Positions 13,350-25,490 of a stretch of DNA of 64,000 nucleotides are shown piece after piece (the stretch's first letter is position 1; every line of letters begins with the position of its first letter). Both the position numbers and the translations under genes were made by a program. Below the pieces are notes generated by a model. That model saw only the letters and a program-made list of their open reading frames with translations. It searched no databases and had not been told where the DNA came from. Location: contig OX597815.1 in assembly GCA_951406725.2 (NCBI GenBank), forward strand, positions 95,604,001 through 95,668,000, given 5' to 3'. The DNA is from Octopus vulgaris. Its lineage: Eukaryota.

Positions 13350-14229
13350 TACGAGGGATGATCAATAAGTATCCGCACTGTTGCCATAGTTACGAAGCTA
13401 GAGTAGGCAGAGTGAAGCCGCACGGCAAATATTGATTTTGACCTCTGCTGTGCTTGGGCAACAAGTTTTAACGTTGTCACTCACTTCCGCTGATTACAGC
13501 AATGTTTGAAAAGAAGGTGTGTAGCGTGTTATAATCGCATTGTCGATGACAGAGAAAGTTGTCATTGCGATACTTGCTCAGAAACCTACGTACATTTGCA
13601 GAAAGTGTATGGAAAAGAGTGTATGAGACGCACACAAGTGTAAAAGTGTTTCAGACGTTTCCAAGATGGCCGAAAGCATGTCGAAATTATCGAATATTCT
13701 GAGAGAGCATCGGAACTGAGAAACTCATGGCAGATGCGCGTGTAGCTGTGAGTGGAAATCGTCGAATCACTATCCGTCAACTATCTGAGTATGTGTAGAT
13801 TACTTTCGGTTAAGATCAGTTCATTATCACAGAAGATTTGGGTATGAGACGCGTGCCTGCTGCCAAGTTTGTGCCAAAACCGCTTTCAGTTGACGAAAGA
13901 GACACGCGGGTTTCGGTTGCACAAAATTTTGATTGTATCGAAAAGAATGGAAATGTATTTCGTAGGCATCTGAGCATGTATCGCCAAGCCTTTGGCAAAA
14001 TTTGATGCAGATTATCTGCTGAACCTTCTTTGTCATCGTCAATGCGACGATCACGCGCTACACACCTTTCTTCCAAGCACTGGTGAAAACAGGGCAAGTG
14101 AGCTGGAAATTTAAAACCAAGTGCGCATGCAACATCACTGTCCAAGTTCAATTTGTACCAAGCGGTTTGATTTTGCGTGTTTTCGTCTCGTTACTATGAC
14201 AACATCCTGATACGTATTGATTAGTCCTA

Positions 14230-14232
<3 letters not shown>
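13350..14232. mobile_element. Fold-back mariner element built from two inverted 5' ends
   Basis: The left end (TACGAGGGATGATCAATAAGTATCC...ATGACAGAGAAAGTT) and the reverse complement of the right end (TACTAGGACTAATCAATACGTATC...ATGACAAAGAAGGTT) align over about 250 bp. Both encode a mariner N-terminus (MTKKVQQIICIKFCQRLGDTCSDAYE). The left arm continues to LGMRRVPAAKFVPK. Confidence 0.8.
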
Positions 14233-14322
<90 letters not shown>

Positions 14323-14327
14323 GTATG

Positions 14328-14373
<46 letters not shown>

Positions 14374-15582
14374 TGCATGTATGTATGTATTCGTCAAATT
14401 TTTAATCTTCTGCATATGACTTTAGTTAGATTTGGATCCTATTTTAAAGAATTACTTGAAACATTCTTTGTCGATTAATGTTCTACGCGTAGTATTGATC
14501 CAATACGTCACTTCCGATAAGCATTTCATCTGGTGTACCATTAAAATTGTAGGAAAGACATAAACATTTAAATTACCGTGGTCCACATTTTCTTGTTTCT
14601 TACTAAACTATTATTCTACTTTTCAAATACGATGTCTAGGTTTATAGAGACAAGTGAAACTTATGTTTCCCTTGTGAAGAACTAGGTAAATATCGAAGCT
14701 ATCGATTTGGTTTACAAAGAAATGAAACTAAATTTAGTACAAGAGAAATCCGACAGTAGAAAATACAAAGAAAAAATGAAAATTATCTTTACTTTTAAGT
14801 CAGTATATTAAATCTCTTCTAAAACAACCTTATATCGAGAAATATAAAAAGAAATCAAAATCCGTAATAAGTTTATTATTGTCACATAATATTCAATATA
14901 GATGCACTCCCTTACAGGAACCAGGAAGACACGTATGAGGAACAAATGTTTGAAATATAGCTCCATATATTACAAAAAAGAATAGAGTAGTGAAAGTTGA
15001 AATGCTGTCTGAATAGAGAATTGGACAAATTGATTTGGAAAAACCAAACGCAAGCCATTTTTTAAAATTGTTTTCAAATTTTGAGCATCAGAACATGGAT
15101 ATGACTACAGTGTGCAATATCTCACTTTGTTTCGCCTTTTCTTGATCCATATACATGAAGGCATTTAGTTTAGAAAGATTATAAATATAATCCGTAAATC
15201 TGGTGGTCCCGAATGTAAGTATCTAAAAACTACAGACATCATGTTGTTCTTAAATAAGATATTGGGGAAAGGTAAAGTCAAAAGATGTATAGCTTTAAAT
15301 ATTCGAGATGCATATCATGTTTTAAAAAAATTAAACGAACAGTTGAGCAGACGCATTCCAGTCCACAAATATATTATGCGAGTACCTGTACATATATGCA
15401 AATATGTATGTATAAATCTACATATGTGTGTTTGTTGTGTGTGTGAACGTGTGTGCATGTGTGAACGTGTGTGTGCATTTAGATATGCAATCATATATTC
15501 ACGAATATAAGAATATGCACATGTTTGTTTGATTGCCAGCTTGGATGTGTATACATACACACATACATATACACATATGTGT

Positions 15583-15618
<36 letters not shown>

Positions 15619-15976
15619 GCATATATACTAGCACAAACATATACACACAAACAATCACACACATATATCAATCTGTTCCTTATACATGGAAGAATAAAAA
15701 TGTCTCAATAAAATATATATCAATAACTATACGTCGTCTCACACACAATTATTTATAATTAATATATAAATATCGTTGCCATATAGATTAAAATCTCATA
15801 CACGCACATTGGCGTACAACTATGCATACTCCTTCGTCGTTCCATCCCTATTTCCATTGTTATTGTTCTGAAAAGCCACTCTATATAACTTTGTATGCAT
15901 GCATTCTTGTTTGTCTCTCACTTCCTTGTTGAAGGAGTGCACTATAATAATTGTTATGGTTTAATTATCCATAGTC

Positions 15977-16026
15977 TGATATAATAATAATATTTCGGAA
16001 TAGAAAAATTCCATCTTCAGATATCA
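15977..16026 (-). ncRNA. Type I hammerhead ribozyme (PLE-associated)
   Basis: Minus strand: TGATAT (stem I), CTGAAGA, T, GGAAT-TTTTCT-ATTCC (stem II), GAAA, TATTATTA-T (stem III), T (17), ATATCA (stem I'). Lies about 240 nt downstream of a same-strand GIY-YIG ORF. Confidence 0.75.
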
Positions 16027-16266
16027 CTGAATTGATCGAGTCACTGCTATAATCGGTTTTCTAACGGTTACTGATTTTTTTTCGGTGGTCTCACGAAGCT
16101 CCTTCCGGAATTTCTCATGAGAAGTGTGTGAGGGCGGCCATGCCTCACGCTAATGTGTGCTGGCACATCCGCAGCGCCTCTTCTAATTTATGTATTATAC
16201 GAACTGTTATTTTTTATAATACATGAGCATGTTAGCAAAATCGAACATACACGCATCCAGATGTAG

Positions 16267-16880
16267 CTAAATAATATATTGATTGCCAATCTCCAGCCTG
16301 ATGATAATTTTGGGCCCTTGTCTGTCTATGATGATAGCTTCCTTAATTCTTAGATTACCAAAATTTCTTTCGTTGGTTTCAATTGTGACTGTTATACTTT
16401 TTTCGGTGTCCCGGTATCTGTCTAGATGTTTTCTGAAGAAAGAGGTTCTTGTGTTCAGATGTTCTTTGATGCGAATGTGTAACGAACTTGTTATGCTACC
16501 CACAAAGAACTTGTTCAATTTGTTACATTTTATTTTACACACAGCATTTATCCGTTGGCATAAACCTGTGCCACGGATGTGGCAGTTAGTGTTCACTGAC
16601 TGCTGTCCCTTGCTTGTTTCTTTGCTAGCTGTCTTCTCAGAGAAAGGCCGGAGAGGCTACTTGTATGTCTAATCCTTCATTTCTTATGGCCCCTTCGGAT
16701 GGCTGTAGTTTCTTGTCGCTAAAATGGGGTACTTTAAGGAAGCATGAGTTTCTGGGTTTTCTGTGTGTTCGGCGTGTTCGTCGTCTTGGGTACTTAAGCC
16801 TCATATGAGGTAGCGATTATTAGGTTGCACAATTATCAGTGTTTTATTGTGACCTCATCCCTAGATGTACCATTAATCAG
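16267..16880 (-). mobile_element. Penelope-like element 3' fragment (RT thumb/linker plus GIY-YIG endonuclease)
   Basis: FLKVPHFSD...AIRNEGLDIQVA, then ORF 16267-16596: CHIRGTGLCQRINAVCKIKCNKLNKFFVGSITSSLHIRIKEH...NLRIKEAIII. Confidence 0.8.
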
Positions 16881-17468
16881 GACACGGAGAGACTCAACCC
16901 GATTTTTTTCATTATTATTATTTTTATCATTTTTTTACTATTTGTCATTGTTATATTAACAGACTCATAGGTTACACAGGTGGGGGTAGTGATAGTAGTT
17001 GGGCCTCAGATTCCTGTGTTTGATCAGAATAGTAGTTTCATTATTTTTATTTTTATCATTATCACCATCACCATCAATACTATTGTTATTACCATTATTA
17101 CTATTTCCATTTATCATTAAAAATGTTTATTAAATGCTTTTGATTTTCAGTAGTTGAGATAATCAGAAATATGTGGTTGTTGGAGGAAACATTTGGGGGC
17201 AGACTAGCAGCTTGGTGTATAGATCAAATTCTGTAGGTTTATAAATTGATTCGGCAGATGGTGGGGAGGTGAGATATAGAGACAAAAGAATATTCGCACC
17301 CTTCGGTTCAGCAGAGCTCAAATGTGCTTACTACTACCAGCGACCACTAAGAGCGCTGCACTTGAAAAGAAACAATTCAACCTGTTCTATTAGTAATTAG
17401 CGGTATAAAACACAATAATACACATACACACACACACACACACACTTACACACACTTACACACACACA

Positions 17469-17526
<58 letters not shown>

Positions 17527-17559
17527 GTTGAAAAATATCGTTATAGGTTCACATCTTTT

Positions 17560-17945
17560 TCCACCATGTGGTTGGGAAGCAAGCTCCTTACCTCACTGCC
17601 CGTGGTTCATTGAGTAGGTTTCTTCTACTTCTGCCTCAGGCTGACTAAAACCTTACGAGTGGTAGAGGGAAACTCATAGACGCCCGCCAAACACACACGC
17701 GCACACACGCACGCACATACATGTGTATGTGTATCTTTGTCTGTGTGTTTTACCCCCATCACCGCTTGACAACCGATGTTGGTGTCTTTAGATCCTGTTA
17801 CCAACTGTTTCGGCATAAGAAACTATTATAATATGTACTAGACTTACAAGGAATAAGTTCTGGCGTCGATTTCTCTTACTAAAAAACCCCCTTAAGGCGG
17901 TGCTTTAGCATGGCTGCATTTAAATGAAAGAAGGAAACGAGTGCA
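17560..17945 (+). mobile_element. SINE family A, decayed copy
   Basis: CCCCATCACCGCTTGACAACCGATGTTGGTGT...GAATAAGTTCTGGCGTCGATTT...AAGGCGGTGCTTTAGCATGGCTGCA is shared with the other family A copies. Confidence 0.75.
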
Positions 17946-18084
17946 TATATATATAGCCTCTGTGGTTTCATATTTTGGTACGAGGCCTGGAATTGGTGGA
18001 GAAGAGAGAAGTCAGGAGATGGATAGATAGATAGACAAAAGGCAGGCAGATAGAAAGATAGATATCTTTATTAATATATACAAA

Positions 18085-18560
18085 CACAACAAAACGAAAC
18101 CATCTGTCCATGCAGGAATAAAAATGTGTGCCTACTAAATGGAGCTTGCATGTTCGAGACCATAATTTTTGAAGCCACCGTTGACTCTACAACCACTAAG
18201 GACAGAGTTTCATCCCAAAAATGTGTGGGTCTCACAAAGAGGAAATTTAAAATCAGGTTCAACAATCAGACCTTGAGCTTCAGACACTTGGAAAAAAGAA
18301 AAGCAACAAAAAAAATTACCCAGATATATATGGCCCTTGAAAGGAAAAGGTGTCATTCACAACATCCATTAGAAGATCTTAGCCAAATGTAAGCCTTGCA
18401 CCAACGGCAGTGGGAAGTGCAGTCTTGGTGCTATGGAAAGAAGGCTCATCAGGAAAAGCAGCTTAGACCCCGCTACATGTCTAAATTCAAGAACTGAACT
18501 TTTTGGAACACGTCCCAATGTGGCTAAATATTTGTTACGTATTTGGCCCTCCCGACATCA
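18085..18560 (+). mobile_element. Penelope-like element (Neptune-type) GIY-YIG 3' fragment
   Basis: CPCRNKNVCLLNGACMFETIIFEATV...CVGLTKRKFKIRFNNQTLSFRH, which matches the C.CR...CPL.G.C and YIG.T...FK.RY.NH..SF motifs. Confidence 0.85.
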
Positions 18561-19246
18561 CAGATAGAACCTGCTTTTTATATTGTGTCCACGTACAAGC
18601 ATTTTAGTACTCTATATTTTTAAATACATATTTTCAGATATTCTTATATATTTGTATTACTTTATGTATTTTTACATTTTTTCTGTATATTACCTTTCAC
18701 CCTACATTTTTGTGCATATGCGTATATAGACGTGTATATAAACATAATTGTGCGCGTATTGATATATCTACGTGTATATGTGCGTGAGTGCAGGTATGCA
18801 TAAGTGTACACGTGTATGGTTGCATATATATGTATACATATAGGTGTATGTGTGTGTGGATGTGCATGTATTTGTTTCACCCGTGTGTGAGTGAGCATAT
18901 GCATATATAGCATTTGCATATTTAGACTTGTATATCAATATAAGTGTGAGCGTATGGCTATATATACGTGTATGTGTATGCGTGTGTGCGGATATGCATA
19001 TGTGTACATGTCTATGGTTGCATATATATGTATACATATAGGTCTGTATGTGGGTGTGCATGTATGTGTTTCACCCGAGTCTGAGTGAGCATATGCATAT
19101 ATGCGCATGTACATAGGTGTGCGTGCGCGCTTGTGTATGTATGTGTATGCGCGCGTACGCGAATTCTGTGAGCGTTTTTTACTTTCTCCGATTTTGTGTT
19201 TTGCCCTTTTATTTAACGGTCATTTTCATTGTATTTTTGTTTCTAT

Positions 19247-19309
19247 TAATAACTGACGAGATGCCGAAGCAGATTTCTGCCCTGACATCCGAAACTCGGA
19301 GTTTTATTA
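19247..19309 (+). ncRNA. Type I hammerhead ribozyme at the 3' end of the upstream PLE
   Basis: TAATAA (stem I), CTGACGA, GATG...GCAGA-TT-TCTGC...CATC-C (stem II), GAAA, CTC-G-GAG-T (stem III), T (17), TTATTA (stem I'). Confidence 0.75.
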
Positions 19310-19340
19310 TGGCAACCAAATGATTGTCTCATATTTTATT

Positions 19341-19370
<30 letters not shown>

Positions 19371-19371
<1 letters not shown>

Positions 19372-19646
19372 AACAATTGCAGCGTGGAAGGTGTTTATAA
19401 GCCATTTAAGAAACACACAAAAGCCGTTCGATTCGCTTCAACATTTAAGTTTAATTTGTCAAAATATTTTCGTCGCTAAAATCCGCGACCTGTTCACTGA
19501 GAAAGTCCGTGCTGCATCTCAGCACGGACTTTGTCAGTGAACGACGAAAATATTTTGACAAATTAAACTTAAATGTTGAAGTGAATCGAACGGCTTTTGT
19601 GTGTTTCTTAAATGGCTTATAAACACATTCCACGCTGCAATTGTTT
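19371..19646. repeat. Long near-perfect palindrome (inverted PLE pseudo-LTR-like unit) in a (TA)n tract
   Basis: AAACAATTGCAGCGTGGAA...GTCCGTGCTG / CAGCACGGAC...TTCCACGCTGCAATTGTTT, centred near 19517. The right arm lacks 17 nt present in the left arm. Confidence 0.95.
19455..19504 (-). ncRNA. Hammerhead fold with G3-C8 core variant
   Basis: Minus strand: TTTCTCA (stem I; TTTGTCA in the other arm), GTGAACA, G, GTCGC-GGATTTTA-GCGAC (stem II), GAAA, ATAT-T (palindromic stem III), T, TGACAAA. Confidence 0.65.
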
Positions 19647-19700
19647 TCGTTTCAGCACACGATCTCAGATCAAATTACTTGCTATGCGAGTACATCTCCG

Positions 19701-19740
<40 letters not shown>

Positions 19741-19765
19741 GTAGTATTGTATAGACGGCATAATG

Positions 19766-19839
19766 CTGCAGTAACGGATACGATTCTATCGTATCCATTA
19801 CTGAAGACGGCAAAAGATACAGAAATGCGCTTTTAGCGG
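19766..19839 (+). ncRNA. Degenerate hammerhead with a short 5' inverted arm
   Basis: Inverted repeat CTGCAGTAACGGATACGAT / ATCGTATCCATTACTGAAG, then CCATTA-CTGAAGA-...-GAAA-TGCGC-TT-TTAGCGG. Stem II is disrupted. Confidence 0.45.
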
Positions 19840-20735
19840 TTTACAAAGCTGATAATGTTCTATTCAGACCGTTTACCGTAATTTGTGGTGAAATTGCCGT
19901 GAAAAGTTGATATGCATGACAAGCATGAAAGAATTTAACATAAATTTTGTCAAAATTCAAAATTTCTTTGTGTATCTTGCCAGTTCTGTGAGCTCTGAAA
20001 TTTCAGCCAAGGATTGATTACGTCTAAAGAGTGTCTACTGACCTCATGGATACTTTTACTTAAAACTATATATATTTTCATTCCTTTCTGTTTAATGGAA
20101 AATATAACTTTGTAATACATAGGGGAGAACATAAGCTTTATCAGAAAGAAATTTTATTTAAATTATATACTTATGTTAAATGTATTTGCGGTTGAATGCT
20201 TGTTTGACTTTCACAATGAGACATAATTTAACAAGATATAAGATCTTCTCCGTATAATATCATATCTCTCTCCACTTTCGAACAAGTTATACACTTCTCA
20301 ATGTCTTGATTTTGAATTAGAATATATAGGTACGTAATGAATATAAAATTCATATTTGTAAACGGCAAATATGAAAAAAATTACAAAAGTTAAACAAATA
20401 TTAAATGGTTTCTATACGGATTATTTTTACAATATAATAATTTACTTTGAATGCTTAGTTGCAGGATATCTTTAGTGCTTCACAATAAGTTTATTCGACA
20501 ATAAACATAGGATAACAGCAAAATATTGGCTGAAAACTTCTGTTCCAACAAATATTCGAATAAGAAGCTCACACACATATATTCGGTTTAACTACAGACA
20601 TTTGTATTGAAATAGATATTATTTACAATTTTAGTTCATGAATTATATGTACAAATTTTGCTATAAAGAAATCTTTTGACATTCACAAAAAATACTCAGA
20701 AGAGAACTCATTTATACGTATGTATGTGTGATTAT

Positions 20736-20782
<47 letters not shown>

Positions 20783-20795
20783 AATACATATGTAA

Positions 20796-20828
<33 letters not shown>

Positions 20829-20837
20829 TACACACAC

Positions 20838-20871
<34 letters not shown>

Positions 20872-21385
20872 TAGTAACGAATGTGCAGTAACATAATATA
20901 ACTCTATACAAACGCATATATCTTCTGTATAGAATATTGAAAAGAGAAAAAGAAAGTAAAATCGAATTCATTTCAGTTCACCAAATTCATTAAAAGGAAT
21001 TTAAAAAGAAAATAATTATTAAATTATTGGCAAGGGAACAGTGTGTAGCGTAGTTTGATTATATCATCAAAAGTAATGCTATTGCCATTTTGTCATTTTT
21101 CAAAAGGGTCTGTATTAATTACTAAACTATTTAATCACCATACAATTATAAGTAAATATTTTGATCTACATATCAAAGACATTTTTCTAATATATAAATT
21201 TATTAATAAATACCGTTTGGTAATGTAAAACCACCCACACAGAGACAAACATTTTGTTCTTGCACTTCTAAGAATATATATATATATTCGTGATTGACTA
21301 CAAGTCTGTCTCATCTTATATATGCATACACAAACACACACACATACATAGGTGTATGCATACATTCATACGTGAATACATAGAT

Positions 21386-21429
<44 letters not shown>

Positions 21430-21437
21430 ACTGTGTA

Positions 21438-24400
21438 TGTAGATCGCTTGTTTTCTTATGCAGCTGAAATTATCATATTTTCTGTACCAATCGGAGACGT
21501 GATGCCATATTTGGTGCAAATTTTGTTATCCTTAGCTAACATATCGAAAGTAACTGTGCAGCCGTATGAAGAAGTTGTTTCGAGAATGGCAATTTTTCAG
21601 TCATAATTATTTTCACTTGCTAAAACCTTATCCTATGATTATGTTACTATTCATCTTTCCTTCCTTGAAGCCCCTACGTCTGGTAGTGTTATATCGCACG
21701 TACGGTTGTCTAGACTTCTCCGTATATATCTACGTATTGGGCTATCATACTTCATCGCCTAGGGGCGTCCACACAACACCTGCCCCTTTTGAATTTTTAA
21801 ACCCGAATTTATCAATTTTATTTCCTCGGTGAGAAATTGGCGTATTTTGTTTTTCGCTTAGCGTTAATTTCCATCATTTCTGTCGGTTTTCTTTTCCTGT
21901 TCGACCTACGTGTCGGTACTTCTAGCCTCCCTTGGTTTTTGATATATCTTTTTTTTAATTGGTTTAAACGCCTTCTGTGTTCATATTTTGGTCCTTTTAC
22001 CATGTACATCACGTTATCTAGACGTCCAGTTATACTTACTTGCTCCCAGTCCTTTTTTTCCGTTACTATATATTTTAAAATACACTTTGTTACCTGTGTT
22101 AAAAAATTTCGTTTTTTTCCCTGTATTTTCTACTTTCTGTTTCTTGCTCGGCAACCATTTGTCAAAAATAGAAGGAATTTTTCTGGGAAATATCAAATCT
22201 GCGTGTAACCTACCCGACTCTGCATTTGGATTCGGTGTTATTCTATACACCTGCAAAAGCTTTGTCATATTTGTATCTTCAAGGATTTCCCGTCTGGTCT
22301 TCTTATGGCTTTCTTGAATGTGTCGACGAATCTTTCTGCTAACACATTTGACCTTGGATGGTATGAGGGAGTTAACACATGCTTCATCTGAACCAACTTG
22401 CAGAATCTTTCGAACACCTTCGCCGTGAATTGTGTACCATTATCTGCCACGATCGTATCTGGCATTCCATAGCGAGCGAAGAGTTCTTCCAAGAAGTCAA
22501 TAGTCACACTTGTGGTTGGCCTTGAACATTTAAACGTTCAGGCCATTTGGAATAGCTATCCACCACAATGATATAATGAGAGCTATTTATTTGTCCTGCG
22601 AAATCCACATGTAGTCTAGACCATGCCGAATCCATTTTTGGTCACGGTTGAATCTGCACTGGGGGCGCCTTTGCTGCCATAGTGCATCCACTACAGTGGT
22701 TTACAAGTCTCTCAATTTACCTGTCCACATTCGGCCAATAAACCTAATTTCTCATAAGGCTCTTCATCCGGACAATCCCCGGATATCCTACATAAAAGTC
22801 TTTTAATACTCAGTTTTGCAGTGCCTCAGGCATTACCACTCTTTGTGCATATAATAATACCTCATCACATACTGAATAGTGCTTTGAACCTGCGTCCCGC
22901 TGATCTATATTGTTTGTGTTACTCAACATTTTAAAAATCTTATTTTTAAACCTATCATTTCCCGATTTCTATTTAATTTCTTCCAGGGTTACCGGCAAAT
23001 CACCTGCTACATTGCTCAAAATATTCTTCAGTTCCATTTCTAGTCTTAACGATTGATATCACCGTGTCTTCAAAAGGTTCCTCCAATTTTGGAATTAGCC
23101 TAGACTGCGTGTCCCAGTTTCATTCATGGCGAAACATCCATCTGGAAATCGTAGTTCAACAGAGTAGTCCTCCAGTGCTGTAAGCGGTTTTCTGAGTGCG
23201 TTGGGATACACTTTTTCGAACAGAAATATCCAATAACGGTTAGTGATCTATTTGGTGTTTACATTTCCTACCATGTAAGAATTTATGGAATTGTTTTTAC
23301 TGCGAAGATTAATTATAACGCCTCTTTTTCAATCTGGCTGTAGTTTTTTTTTTTTTTTGTTTTCCGCTGGTAATAGAACTCACGATGCATGTGCAATAGC
23401 TTTGATTTTACCATCATTAAATTTATGCAATATCACAGCTCCTATACCATATTCATTGGCATCCGATGCCACACATAGTTTCAGATTTGGGTCGAAATTA
23501 GTTAATGATAACTCTGATGTTAACCGCTTTTTAAAATTTCTCTAATGATTTCTGACATTCGCTTGTCCAGCTCCTTTTCCAATCCTTCTTTAGCAACTTA
23601 TTCAACGGAGATCTTAGCTCATTCATTTTAGGTATGTACAACTGGTAATAACTTACCAAACCTAAAATCCTTGTAGTGTTGTTTTGTTCATGGGAGTAGG
23701 CATTTTTTCATCGCGTCGATCCTAGAATGGTCTGGTTTTCGTCCGTTTTCATCGATCATCTGTCCTAAGTACTTTATTTTTGTAAAGAAAAAATCACATT
23801 TATCCTCCCTTACTTTAAACCCGTAATCACATATTCGTTTGAAAACCTCTTCTCTATGTTCAATATGTTGGTCCCTTGATTCACTTTTGATCAATATGTT
23901 ATCCAAGTATGGAACTCACAATCTGCTAGCATAGTATCCATCACTTGCTGAAATATTTTTGGTGCGACCTTTACCCCAAATGGTAGTCTTGTGAAACGGT
24001 ACAGACCTTTATGAGTATTGATTGTTAATATTTTAGCACATTCTCGTCCCCTGGTGGGAAATAAAAAAATCGAATTTAGCAAATTCTTCATCTACCAGTA
24101 GTTGGAGGTAGGCCTCTGGCAAATCCAGCTTGGAAAAAAGTTTCCCACCATTGCACTTAGCAAATACTTCTGGGTTTGGAAGCGGATAATTGTAATTTTT
24201 TAAACAATCATTAAGACCAGTTGATAAGTTCGCACATACTCTTACCTCGTTGTTCTTTTTTATATATACCGTAGGAGCCGCCCACTCAGAGTAGTCTACT
24301 TTTTCAATTATATGTCTTCTAATCTTTTAAATTCCTTCTCAACTTGATTTAACGACGCAAAAGGTACATTACTTTTCGGTTTGAACACGGGCACCGCATA

Positions 24401-25490
24401 TTCTTTCAACTCAAACTTTACTTTAATTTTTTATACATACCGAGCTCTTTCGAAAAAATATCAGGGTGCATCTTTCATTTTTTCAGATTGCTTTCTCTGA
24501 GACGGACTGTGACGCATTCACCTTGGTACATAATGTATTCAGTAATAGATCCCACAGGTTGAATCCTTCCATTAAATCTGTCCCGAACAGATTCATTGTA
24601 TTCTTAGACACCATTAGTTTACATTTCCGCGTCCTGTTTTTAAGTTTTATTTCTCGTGAAATTTCGCCCAAGAATTGAACTTTCCAAGAAGTTTTTTTTT
24701 TATACAACGGCCTGCCTATCTTACGCCATGTTGCCGTATTTATTATCGATACGTCCGATACGTCGGTTTTGTCTGGTATAATTTACTTTAGTTGAGTAGA
24801 CTTTCTTCTATTTTACCAATTTCTTTGACTGGAATTTCGTCTGTATATGTCCAATTTTACCATATTTAAAATAGGTTTTATCTTTAAAGGGGCAATCTTT
24901 CCTCAAATGTCGATCTCCGCAACATTAGCACCGTTTTGCATTTTAAATTTTCCTTCTTTCTGTACTTTCTTTACATATTTGTACATTATTATTCTTGTCT
25001 ACTATCTTTCTTGTATCATTTCGAAGGTTTATTATTTGTTGGCATTCCTCAGCCACTTTCTGCAACGTGAGTTTCACATCTTGATTCAACTTTGATAATA
25101 TTCTTTTTCTAATTTCGGCGTCTTCCGTTGCCACTAGCCCTTAAACGAATATTAGGCACTTGAACATATCTGGCTTTAATTCTTCCGGCTTAAACCTTTC
25201 GCAAGCCTTATTAACCATACCGCCATATGTTAAAAATCATCGGACTCATTTTTCTTTAAACTTAAACATTTCCATCGAATGTTAATCTGTGAACTTTCCT
25301 CGCTAAAAACATTAGTCAAAATATTTATCATTTCATCAAAACACAATTCCACGAGCTTTCTCGTCAAAATAAAGTTACAAATATTTTCGTAGCAAGTTTT
25401 CGCAAAAGGAGCTTTACCTTCCTTTCACTAGGCCATCCCTTGCATTCCTCTCGCAATAGGTCTTCGTATCGTCTGTAATATGCAGCAAAA
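21438..25490 (-). mobile_element. Ty3/Gypsy LTR retrotransposon (K02A2.6/Mag-like), decayed, lacking a 5' LTR
   Basis: Domain order is gag (EDAEIRKRILSKL), protease region, RT (INTHKGLYRFTRLPFGVKVAPKIFQQVMD; EDKCDFFFTKIKYLGQ), RNase H (CVASDANEYGIGAV), integrase (FARYGMPDTIVADNGTQF...YHPRSN..AERFV). PPT AAAAGGGGCAGG at 21790-21779 is followed by TG, giving a putative 3' LTR at about 21778-21438. Confidence 0.9.
22265..22507 (-). pseudogene. Gypsy integrase core (rve) fragment
   Basis: TIDFLEELFARYGMPDTIVADNGTQFT...PSYHPRSNVLAERFVDTFK. Confidence 0.9.
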
